From: Octopus vulgaris
Lineage: Eukaryota
Assembly (NCBI GenBank): GCA_951406725.2
Contig: OX597822.1
Span: forward strand, 70,742,001 to 70,806,000
Length of the DNA stretch: 64,000 bases
Direction of reading: 5' to 3'
Of the stretch, positions 53,290 to 64,000 are shown one piece after another. The notes under the pieces were generated by a model. It ran no database searches, was not told the origin of the DNA, and saw nothing but the letters and a program-made list of their open reading frames with translations. Numbering within the stretch: the first letter of the stretch is position 1; every line of letters begins with the position of its first letter. Position numbers and translations under genes: made by a program.

Positions 53290-53500
53290 AAATTACTTCC
53301 ACCTTAGCATGGGCTGAAGTATTGTTTTCAGTCATGTTTGTTTGCTTGCTTGTTTGTCTGTGGACAAAATATCTCAAGAACCACTGGATGGATTCTGATG
53401 AAACTTTCAGGGATGTTTAGCCTTGTGACTGGCAGGGTCTCATTAGATTTTGGGATCGATCCAATACCAGACAAGAATTTGGGATTATTTTTCCTGTTTT
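53290..53500 (+). mobile_element. Helentron-associated element, 5' part (same family as 48440-48795)
   Basis: attacttccacc...tattgttttcagt...tggatggattctgatgaaacttt...attagatttt. Confidence 0.5.
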
Positions 53501-54290
53501 TTTTTTACTTTACATGTATATGTAAAGTTTCACATAGTTCTCTTGTACACACAAACACATACACACATATACTCACACATTTTCACATTTTATTATGGTG
53601 TTTGTTTAGATATCAAGATTGAAAAAATTTACCTTGTTTGTAAAATAATTTTAGGCCTGGGTTTGCATCCACTAAATAAATTTCTTTCCCACACTAATGA
53701 CAATTTCTGAATTTAAAGAAAAAAAAAAAAAGTACTAGAGTCAATTTATTCAACTAAAAATTCTTGAAAGCAATACTCCAGCATGGCCACAGTTTAAAGA
53801 CAGAAACAAGTAAAAAAAAAAAAAAAAAAGACCAAAGAGAATATAGACAGTAGATTGGGTGAAGTGGTGGAGGTTATTTTCATAATAACATGAGCAGAGA
53901 ATAAACAGGTGGTTAGAGATGGTGAGAGTAGAGGTGAATGTAGTAGGTGAGAAGCAAGGCCCTGGAACTGTCATTCTAGTTATGTCATCATCACAGAGAA
54001 ACAGCATGTCACTACTGGCTGCTGCTAAGTATAAGAACATAAATGACTTTCAGAATAATATATTAGAGTCTACTTTTGTTGTCATCGCGTTTCTTTTTCT
54101 TCGCCTAATTATTTGTCAGCAGAAGTTTCTGATAAATTTGAAAGTTTCTCATATAGACAGTGTCAAAACGTTTAGTGTTACAAACAGAGCTCAAGAGTTT
54201 ACTTAAATTTCAGTTAGAAAGAAATTTTTCTTGTCAGTATTGGTTTGTCAATAATGATTTGTATGACTACACGCAAACATGCACACAAAC

Positions 54291-54324
<34 letters not shown>

Positions 54325-54494
54325 GGGGTGAGACTATGAGAGTGTCAATAAGCAAGTCAAAAGCATATTGAAAATGCAGCTAATGGACTGGTGATTGGTT
54401 ATCTTCTGAGGATCACAGTGTTGATGTAGTTAGGAATTTTATGTGTCAGTACATCTGAGACATACATAATATATAATAAATACATATCTTTCCT

Positions 54495-54726
54495 TTTATA
54501 CTTGTTTCAGTTATTAGACTGTGGCCATGCTGAGGCACTGCCTCAAAGAATCTTTAGTTGAATAAACAGTCTTCTTTCAGTTTCCGTCTACCAAATCCAC
54601 TCACAAGGCTTTGGATGGCCTGAGGCTGAAGTAGAAAACACTTGCCCAAGGTGCCACGCAGTGGGACTGAACCCAGAACCATGTGGTTGGTAAGCAAGCT
54701 ACTTACCACACAGCACCTATGTTGCT

Positions 54727-54769
<43 letters not shown>

Positions 54770-54918
54770 CTTTCAGTTTCCGTCTACCAAATCCACTCAC
54801 AAGGCTTTGGATGGCCTGAGGCTGAAATAGAAAACACTTGCCCAAGGTGCCACGCAGTGGGATTGAACCCAGAACCATGTAGTTGGTGAGCAAGCTACTT
54901 ACCACACAGCCACTCCTG
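54495..54918 (-). mobile_element. SINE family A, antisense, head tandemly duplicated
   Basis: 54570-54718 and 54768-54918 are near-identical and share the private variant ggatggcctgaggctgaa; separated by (TA)n. Confidence 0.85.
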
Positions 54919-55033
54919 CTATATATGTGCATATATAGCTATATTCCGCTATTCATATATGCCTTGATTCATATTCATTTAGCTTTTAATCAGTTAGAGC
55001 CATTGTGGGAGTCAGCCTGTTACATTGCATTAT

Positions 55034-55330
55034 GACCATCACCATCACGTGACCGACCAGTCCATCAGATGTAGTTACACATCGCTGGTCACAATGCGTT
55101 CGCATTGTTTTAGCCTTCGAATGACGCCACCCCGCTGGCTAAGCGAGCAGGCCAACAGAAGAAAGAGTGGTGAAAGAGTACAGCAGGGATCACCACCCCC
55201 TGCCGGAGCCTCGTGGAGCTTTTAGGTGTTTTCGCTCAATAAACACTCACAACGCCTGGTCTGGGAATCGAAACCGCGATCCTACGACTGCGAGTCTGCT
55301 GCCCTAACCACTAGGCCATTGCGCCTCCAC
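55034..55330 (-). mobile_element. Young CpG-rich tRNA-derived SINE (family D) with 12-bp TSD
   Basis: Minus-strand head ggaggcgcaaTGGCCTAGTGGTTAGGG...GGTTTCGATTCCC. TSD acattgcattat (55022-55033) and acattgtattat (55331-55342). Confidence 0.85.
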
Positions 55331-55707
55331 ACATTGTATTATACTACACCATATCTTGTTTGTATTTTTGTGTTTATAATTTTGGTTGTTTCTGTGACTT
55401 TGTACGTCATTGGTTAATGTTGAAGTTAACAGTGCACTACTAGACTACTTATAGCTTAGTGAAGTTGAGGTGCTCTGAGAGAAATGCTATTCGTATAATG
55501 TTTAAATTTTCAACAAGTGTCATTGTCTTATACTTGATTTCTTTCAGTATAGAATCGTTTGTAAACATCCCACTCTGTGTGTGTGCATGTGTGTTTATTA
55601 CACTCTCTGACTAGAGTAATGCAAAGGTGTGATATTCATTTGCATAATGTAGTCCATTCTCAAATAAACTCCGTCATTTTTGACAGGTGCTACACTAATA
55701 TATGGCA

Positions 55708-55750
<43 letters not shown>

Positions 55751-55751
<1 letters not shown>

Positions 55752-56136
55752 TAGCAGTATCGCCCGGCGTTGCTCAGGTTTGTAAGGGAAATAACTATAA
55801 AGCATTTTTAGAGAGTTATAGCCAAAAAATAGCAAAAAAAAATGGAAAAAAAATGATGGTAAATTTTTTTGAGAGTTAAAACGGTCGAGTTGCGTCTCCT
55901 AAACAGTCTGTGGTTTGTTTTTTTTTATTCTCGACCCCATGTCGAATTTATCGATTCTTTTCAGAACTGGGGGAACTTTTCAAAATTTTCGCTGCGTTAG
56001 TTTTGAATTATGACATTGGGCTATGTGTGTGTCAAGTTTCATCAGAATCGGTTGAAAGCCGTGGTCAGGGTGAGGGTACAAGCAAACAGACACACAGAAA
56101 CACACACAGACAAACTGCCGTTTATATAGAGAGAGA
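55751..56136 (-). mobile_element. Non-autonomous Helitron
   Basis: Minus strand begins TC (tctctctctatataaacggcag) and ends CTAG, with a subterminal hairpin cctgagcaacgccggg about 9 nt before CTAG. Inserted between A and T with no TSD; retains many CpGs. Confidence 0.8.
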
Positions 56137-56538
56137 TTATAATTAAGGGTATCTAAGAGATATCACCATGCTAGAAATAGCAGTCAAAATCTGACTCTAA
56201 AACTACATTATGTATTCATACAGCACAATGTGTGGGTCTCTGCTCTGTAGTGGACTCATAAGAATACTGCTATGACAGTTTTGGGAAGCTCGCCCCTTTT
56301 GTGGAGCTCACCCCTTTCCAAGTCTAACCACAGTCGATGTCTTTCAGAAAGACACAGATGAACAAAAAGAAAGAAAAAGAGAAGTAACCCCATCACATAT
56401 TGATACATTACTAACCACAAAAGGAGGCAAAGTAAAGTTGATCATGGCAGGATTTGAACTCATAGCACAAACAGCCAGAATGATCACCACAAAGTAGTCT
56501 TTCCAACACTCTAAGACCTTGCCAAATGGCTGCTGTCT

Positions 56539-56582
<44 letters not shown>

Positions 56583-57069
56583 TTATGCCCATACACACAT
56601 GCAAGCACACATATACCCTTATGTATAGCTATTGCATGTATATGGAGGCAATTTTTTTTTCTTGTTGCTGGATGTCCTTCCTTCTGTTAGCTTTTCAACC
56701 ATGAAGCAGGAATGCAAACTAGTTTTTGTTTAGCCAGGCAGGCTGAAACAAATTGTAGTATGTGCTTTGGTCAGGGAGAAAGAAAAAAAAAAAACCATTG
56801 GCTATAGCACCTTAACTTCTCAGCCATTGTGCTTACATATATGTGTGTACATGGATATCATTTGAGCATCACTGAATAAGGTATATTTGTGCACCTCTCT
56901 TTGCCTTTCTCTCTCTCTCTCTCTCCTGTATTTCACCTTCTGTCTTATAATAATTCATACAAGAAATCATAGCGACATGCCTGAGAATAATGCTAAATAA
57001 TTTATTTCTTTTGACATCGAAATAAACTTATTTCTAGTCCGCACATGTTTTTTTTTTACTTCTTTAATC

Positions 57070-57112
<43 letters not shown>

Positions 57113-57141
57113 CATCATTTGTTTTTCTTTTTGTTTTCCAG

Positions 57142-57291
57142 TCCATACCTGAGCTACAAAATCGACCTCTGTTAGTGGACCTCACCATTGAAGAGAATCA
57201 AAGATTGAAAGTAATATATGCTTCCAGTATAGGCTTTCACGCTATTGACTTGGACACACATACAGTGTTTGATCTGTACATTCCTTCACAT
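57142..57291 (+). CDS. MAP4K4: Internal coding exon, msn/MAP4K4-family CNH domain
   Basis: Acceptor tttttctttttgttttccag|, donor |gtaagt, 150 nt, phase 0/0. Encodes [50 protein letters not shown], which continues directly from FMAFK as in MAP4K4 ([48 protein letters not shown]). Confidence 0.96.
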
Positions 57292-57616
57292 GTAAGTACT
57301 CTCTATTCCAATGTCCTCTCCTCTCTTCACTAGTGCTGTTCTTTACCATTATAACATTGGTTCCAGTCAACAGAAAATAACATCAAACAGGAAAGAGATA
57401 AAAACCTTCGCTCAGTTTTTTTTCCTCCTTTTTTTCTTTCATTTTTTGATCTACTTTTTTTTGCAGTTATACTCTCTCTTTCTCTCTCTCTCTCTCACAC
57501 ACACACGCTCTCTTAGTAAAGAAACCATTTTCTTATAGCTGGCAAGCTTTCAGAATTATTTTAGGGACTCTTTAAACTTGTTCCAGATACAAATACACAC
57601 ACCAATAATAGTAATG

Positions 57617-57647
<31 letters not shown>

Positions 57648-58680
57648 TAGTAAAAGTTACCTGATGTATTGTGCTGAAGAGCAACGTGTGACATTTAAAT
57701 TTTTTTCCCTCTTGTTGAATTGAAGATCAGCTTTGGTATTTAAAAATTTCAGTGTTTTATTACACAAGCTTACAGAGATCTACCTTATAAATTAGCTTTC
57801 TTTTTTTCTTTTTCTTTTTTTTTTTCTTCTTACCTGTTCTTGCATTTTTTTAATCACCATCAACTTGAAATATCTTAAAGGGTTAATGCTTGTTCTGCTG
57901 TGCTTTGTTTTAGGTGCTGAATTACATTCGTTTAAAAAATACCAATCAATTTTCTGTATTACTAAAAAGACAGAAAATATGCTCTTAATGAAAAATAAAA
58001 TTGAAATGAATATAGCAAAAAAATTAATAGATAAAACAAATAAATTGAACATTTGTTTTCATCTCCAGTTTCTGCTAGTTTAAAAAAATTTTTTTTTTTT
58101 TTTAAGAAATATCTCTGTAATTTATTGGAATGATAAGAGACAGAAATGATAAAAAGAGAAGCGAAAATATTTACTTCCAAGTAGTGGAAAAATAAAAGGA
58201 AAGTGGCAGCTGTTTATTTACTTTCACCAACCACACTTGCCACAATCCCCTTAGCTTGTTCTTACCCATTTCATGCTACAGTCTAGTGACGAAGATGTAA
58301 ACCATGAAAATAGAAAATTTTCGTTTATGTTCAAGTTTAAGGAGTTTTGCTTTTGAAACAGAATATTTAGCCAAAAATAAAAAGCAACAGAAAAACAAAC
58401 TTCATTTCAAATATATGACCTTTTAATTTTCTGTCACCAGTTCCAGTCATGGGACAGTGGCCATGTTGGGGCACCACATTTAAGGGTTTTTATTGATTCA
58501 TTTATTTATCTCTCTTACATATAATCCATTGCTTATTCTGATACTTACTATAGTGATGTCTATTTATTAACTGGTGGAATCCCTCTACTGGAAGTTATCT
58601 CCCTTTAGTGACATGTTTAGGTGTTTACACTGACTTACGCAATTACATACTCAAGCATACATATATATATATATATATAT

Positions 58681-58843
58681 ATATTCTATAATTATAAACA
58701 TAATTATAATGGGAGTCAGCTGATTGTTTCACCACGCACCGAATTTAGGTAGTATTATGGTATACAGTGTACTTCTAAATTCAGTGCCTGGTGAAGCAAT
58801 TAGCAGACCCCTGATTATAATTATGTTTATAATTATAGAATAT
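58681..58843. repeat. ~163-bp imperfect palindrome (fold-back element)
   Basis: atattctataattataaacataattataat (58681-58710) is the exact reverse complement of 58814-58843; inner arms also pair; centre gtatac at 58760-58765. Confidence 0.85.
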
Positions 58844-58977
58844 TTGTATAATTTTACCTAAAAAGGTTATTTTAATGTACCGAACTACTTGGTAAAATTA
58901 TTAATTATTAATTAATTAATTGATTGATTAATTAATGAATTAATTAATTTTACCCTTTTATTATATTTATATATATA

Positions 58978-59052
58978 CAGTAATCTCTCACCATATCACA
59001 ATTCACCTATCGTGGTTCACCTGTCATGCACTCAGTACATCATGGATTTTTC
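58978..59052. mobile_element. Tc1/mariner-pogo terminal fragment, truncated next to a SINE
   Basis: TA|CAGTAATCTCTCACCATATC... terminus with internal ttcacct repeats; no partner end found. Confidence 0.35.
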
Positions 59053-59062
59053 TGGTTAACAT

Positions 59063-59500
59063 GCAGGTGTAGGAGTGGCTGTGGTCAGTAGCTTGCTTAC
59101 AAACCACATGGTTCTGGGTTCAGTCCCACTGCGTGGCACCTTGGGCAAGTGTCTTCTACTATAGTCTCGGGCCAACCAAAGCCTTATGAGTGGATTTGGT
59201 AGACGGAAACTGAAAGAAACCCATTGTATATATGTGTGTGTGTATATATATATATGTATATATATGTATGTGTGTGTGTATATGTTTGTGTGTCTGTGTA
59301 TGTCCCCCACCAACATCACTTGTCAGCTGATGCTGGTGTGTTTACGTCCCTGTAACTTAGCTGTTTGGCAAAAAAAGCCTGATAGAATAAGTTCTAGGTT
59401 TGCAAAGAATAAGTTTTAGGGTTGATTTGCTCTAAAAGCAGTGCTCCAGCATGGCTACAGTCAAATGACTGAAACAAATAAGAGAGTAAAAGGGTAAAAG
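59063..59500 (+). mobile_element. SINE family A, full length
   Basis: Homologous to 18251-18662. Confidence 0.88.
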
Positions 59501-59900
59501 AATATATATATAAGATGTTAAGATGTATTCCATTAGGAATGCAACAGAGTACAATATAGAGCTCGTTCACCTTTAGAATTCCTTTAGAATTACCAAATGG
59601 CTGGTAGTATTACAGTATACTTCCAAGTCTAGGTTTAGGCATTCTTTGTGTGTGAAAGTAAAATTGAATAAAATAGAGTCGACAAGATGGATGTTTTGGC
59701 AGCGAAGTCGAAGGTTTTGTAACTAATAGGGACAGCAATTGTATATCGCCTGAAGAAGTGCAACTGGATCCCATTATGCAGGTAAACTGTTGCATAATTT
59801 AAATCCTGTATATAGGAAGATGTATGTTGTATGGAAACAGGTGTAGTGATTATTAAGCAACTGTCTGACCATATTCCTTCTTGTTGACTTATTCAATTAT

Positions 59901-59949
<49 letters not shown>

Positions 59950-59955
<6 letters not shown>

Positions 59956-60159
59956 GTCTGGGGAGGGTCATTCTCATTTAGTACCTTATAATTTAACACA
60001 CTCACTGGTAAAATTTCCACTCATTTCCTTCTTTGGAAATTTTACTGGTGTTAAATTATAAGGCACTAAAAGGGAATGACTCTCCCCAGACACAATAGAA
60101 TATGCTTCAACACATGAACTCACGTAAAGAATCTTGCAAATCAAATCCCAAAATGAAAT
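59950..60159. mobile_element. Fold-back copy of the 52.2-kb repeat family, inserted in (TA)n
   Basis: Arm 59950-60019 is the reverse complement of 60034-60097; the right arm continues as the reverse complement of ~52241-52300. Confidence 0.75.
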
Positions 60160-60213
60160 ATATTTATATATATACACACAAACACACACACATACATACA
60201 TACATACATACAT

Positions 60214-60256
<43 letters not shown>

Positions 60257-60262
60257 ATCACA

Positions 60263-60651
60263 CTGTGGAAGCTCAGTTTACAGATGCCTCTTATCATGAA
60301 CAAATTGGTTTATAAACAATTTTTTGAGCATAAAACGACCAATGTCAGCATGGAAAGCAGATGTTAAGCAATGATGATGATGATGCTAATGAAGACGTCT
60401 CAGGTGACAAACATCTCAGGTGTTTTGAGGAACGAACACACGAGTCAGCAACAACGGGTGAGCAACAAGCTGGGATTATCAGCAGAAGAGTGTCTGTTGG
60501 CGTTTAGCTTTCATTCAGTGCACATCTCTGCTTGAATTTGCCATGCAATCTCTTGAATTACCTTTGGGAAAAAATAGTTTCAATTTACAAACATTCTAGG
60601 TGACGAAAGGCCTTCAGGAACAAATTAAATTCATAAACTGAGATTCCACTG
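60263..60651. mobile_element. pogo/Tigger-like MITE
   Basis: Terminal inverted repeats ctgtggaagctcagttta and taaactgagattccactg (16/18 match), CAGTGG-type termini. Confidence 0.6.
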
Positions 60652-61888
60652 TGTATAAAACATTATTTATAAGGTTCTGAAAGATTTGGGTTTTATTCTT
60701 TTTCTTTTATCCCCCCCCCCCCCCCACACACCACCTCTCTCCATTTCTGTATAATTTTCTGGTTTATAGATGACAGCAGGTACCATTCTGCTATTATGAC
60801 CCACAGGAATGTTGTATATATGACAGTATTCCCTTTCCCATGTGTGTCTGTGCATATAAAGTATATATATATGCACATATATACACACAATGTATATATG
60901 TATATATGTGCGTGTATGTACATATGTATATCGACACACATTCACATATATGCGTACATGTATGTGTGTTTAACATTTTATATATATATATATATATATT
61001 TATTTATTTTTTTTCTGTTCAACCTGTTCTTGTCATTCTTTGTGTGTTACCCCAACAATTTGTTCCATCTTTTAATCCTAATCTCTGATTAATCCCATCA
61101 TTTACGATATCTAACCTTTCATTCCCCCCCCCCACCATATTCGCTGCAGCAGTAGCACCGACAACGCCGCCACCACCAGCCCCAGCCTCTTAACCGTTCC
61201 GTCTTTCATGCTTTTGCTTCCTGTATAATATGTTATGAAGTCCAATATGAAGGGGAGAAAAATAAAAAAAAAAGAGAGGAAAAGAACCAACGCTTATTGT
61301 TGATTGATTTCTAAATCTGCGTAGGAAAAAAAAAATGTATTAATTCTCTTTTGCTTTCCTGCCCCCCTCCCTTCTTTTTTTTTTTTCTCCACCCTCTCTT
61401 CCTGTACCTTGTACTGTCCCTACACTATCCTCTTTTTTTTTTATCCACAAACCATCTATTAGGAAGAAGTCCAAGTAAATAAAATGTGTGTACGGGGTTT
61501 TATTGTATTTCATTCGTTTGGTGTGGAATAGAAGCAAAAACTCTTTCACATTGCACATGCCACACACACATATACACATACACAGAGACAGGCATGCATG
61601 CACACAAAATATATAAAATTCCAATACATTTATAAATATTGGCTTACACACACACACGCACACATTTAGAGTGTACATGTAAGAGAATATGTGCTTATAT
61701 GTATATATTTTTAAAACACATCCACACACACATATAGACGTGTGCATGTATATATCTGTGTGTGTGTGTGTGTGCGCGTATACATACATATATATATATA
61801 TATATATACACGCATGCACATATTCATGTGTGTGTGTGTGTAATTCCTACAAAAATAAAGACCACATATATGTTTTTATACTTTTTAT

Positions 61889-61889
<1 letters not shown>

Positions 61890-61921
<32 letters not shown>

Positions 61922-62194
61922 ATATATAAATATATATATATATATATACACATACACACAAATGTTACAGATATATACATACCCACACACATTACACATT
62001 ACATATTATATATGTAATGTGTGTGGGTATGTATATATCTGTAACATTTTTGTGTGTATGTGTATATATATATAGTTATATACACACACACACACACATA
62101 TATATATATACATGCATACATACATACGTACATACATATATATATATATGTATATATATATATATGTATATATATATATGTATATATATATATG

Positions 62195-62236
<42 letters not shown>

Positions 62237-62367
62237 TACATATGTATGTATATATACATACATATGTATGTATATATACATACATATGTATGTATATATA
62301 CATACATACATATATATATATACATACATATGTATGTATATATACATACATATGTATGTATATATAT

Positions 62368-62410
<43 letters not shown>

Positions 62411-62420
62411 TACATATGTA

Positions 62421-62461
<41 letters not shown>

Positions 62462-62471
62462 TACATATGTA

Positions 62472-62512
<41 letters not shown>

Positions 62513-62530
62513 TACATATATGTATATAAC
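61890..62530. repeat. Compound (TA)/(CA)/(TATG) microsatellite array including a ~220-bp fold-back
   Basis: Read directly from the sequence; source of the spurious YI/HT/CV-rich ORFs here. Confidence 0.9.
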
Positions 62531-63161
62531 ATTATTTTTGCAGGAATGATTTTTATTTGTGTAGTTGGCTGTGTGATTTGTTTATGTGCTCTTCAGACTT
62601 GAGATTTCTCTGAAGTCTCCACATAGAGTTCATTCCACTCCAAGACTATATTATATATGTTTTTGCCTGATTTGTATTTCTTTGCCATCATTTCAATGTT
62701 GTTGTTGCTGCTGCTGCAATTTTGTTTTATAGTATAAAAGCTATACATCTAACATCAAATTGGTTAACTCTCCAATATTTGGTAACAGGTTCCATCAACT
62801 TACTTGCTTTTACAGACTTCCACCATCCCTTATCGTTTTATAATCTCATATTATATATAATTTTATTATATAATATCATAATAGTGCGTGTGTGTATGTG
62901 TGGACGTGCATGCATGCGTGTGTGTGTGGGGGGAGGGGCGAGAGATGGGGGAAAGAGAGGGAAGGAGGAAGGACCAAACTAGATGTTTTACAATATTTAA
63001 TTCCACCTTCAGATTCAGTCTAGCTCAGCTTGGGCGTTTATATATTTCCTCACTTAATAAAATATGTGCCATAAATATACTCTATTGCTTTATACAAGAA
63101 ACTAGATTTTTATTATTATTATTATTATTATCGTTATTATTATTATTGTTGTTGTTGTTGT

Positions 63162-63630
63162 TAAGGCAGCAAGTTGGCAGAATTGTTAACATGCTGGATG
63201 AAATGCTTAGCGGTATTTTGCCTGTCGCTACATTCTGAGTTCAAATTCCACCGAGGTCAACTTTGCCTTTCATCCTTTCAAGAGTCAATGAAATAAGTAC
63301 CAGTTACGCACTGGGGTCGATGTCATCGACTAGCCCCCTCCCCCAAAATTTCAGGCCTTGTGCCTATAATAGCATGCATTATTATTATTGCAGCTAGCTG
63401 GCAGAACTGTTAGCATGCCAGGCAAAATGCTTAATGGCATTTCATCCATCCTTACGTTTTGAGTTCAAATTCTGCAAGGTTGACCTTGCCTTTTATCCTT
63501 TTGGGATCGATAAAATATGTACCAGTTGAACACTGAGGTTGATGTGACTTCACCCCCTCCCCCGAAATTACTGGCCTTGTGTCAAAATTTGAAACCATTA
63601 TTACTATTGATATTATTATTATCATCATCA

Positions 63631-63676
<46 letters not shown>

Positions 63677-64000
63677 GCTCTGGTTGACTTTGAAATAGGT
63701 ACCAGTTTAGCACTGGTGTCCATGTAATCGACTAGTACCCCCCTCCCACCACCAATTTCAGGCCTTATTCCCATAGTAGGCAGTTTTATTATTATCATTA
63801 TTATTATTATTAATATAATAAAGGCTGTGAGCTGGCAGAACCATTTGCGTGCCAGGCAAAGTGCTTAGTGGCATTTCATCCGTTTTTACATTCTGAGTTC
63901 AAATTCCGCCAAGGTCGACTTTGCCTTTCATCCTTTCGGGGTCGATAAATTAAGTACCATTCGAGTACTGGGTGTCAATGTGATCGACTTAAGGCCCCCA
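63162..64000 (+). mobile_element. Array of about 4 SINE family B copies separated by (ATT)n
   Basis: Units at ~63162-63370, ~63390-63600, ~63680-63780 (partial) and ~63820-64000 (runs off the window). Confidence 0.85.

Overview
AT-rich, microsatellite-saturated animal genomic DNA. The repeat landscape (tRNA-derived SINE families, dense CA/TA/ATT repeats) resembles an octopus or other coleoid cephalopod; this is an inference. Nearly all ORFs in the supplied track are microsatellite or SINE artefacts. The only recognisable protein-coding sequence is three + strand exons (4717-4780, 7872-7972, 57142-57291) that splice in frame to part of the C-terminal CNH domain of a Misshapen/MAP4K4/TNIK/MINK1-family kinase. 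They are separated by a 3.1-kb and a 49.2-kb intron. The introns hold many SINE copies, piggyBac- and pogo/Tc1-type MITEs, a Helitron, Helentron-like relics and a decayed L1/Tx1-type LINE. The most unusual signal is a set of short, sequence-unrelated, often fold-back elements carrying minimal type-I hammerhead ribozyme motifs of the Penelope/retrozyme kind. The best example (18997-19474) is a head-to-head dimer of a tRNA-like Pol III head joined to a hammerhead-bearing body, flanked by a perfect 12-bp target-site duplication. Repeat boundaries were read by eye and are approximate unless a TSD or TIR is quoted.
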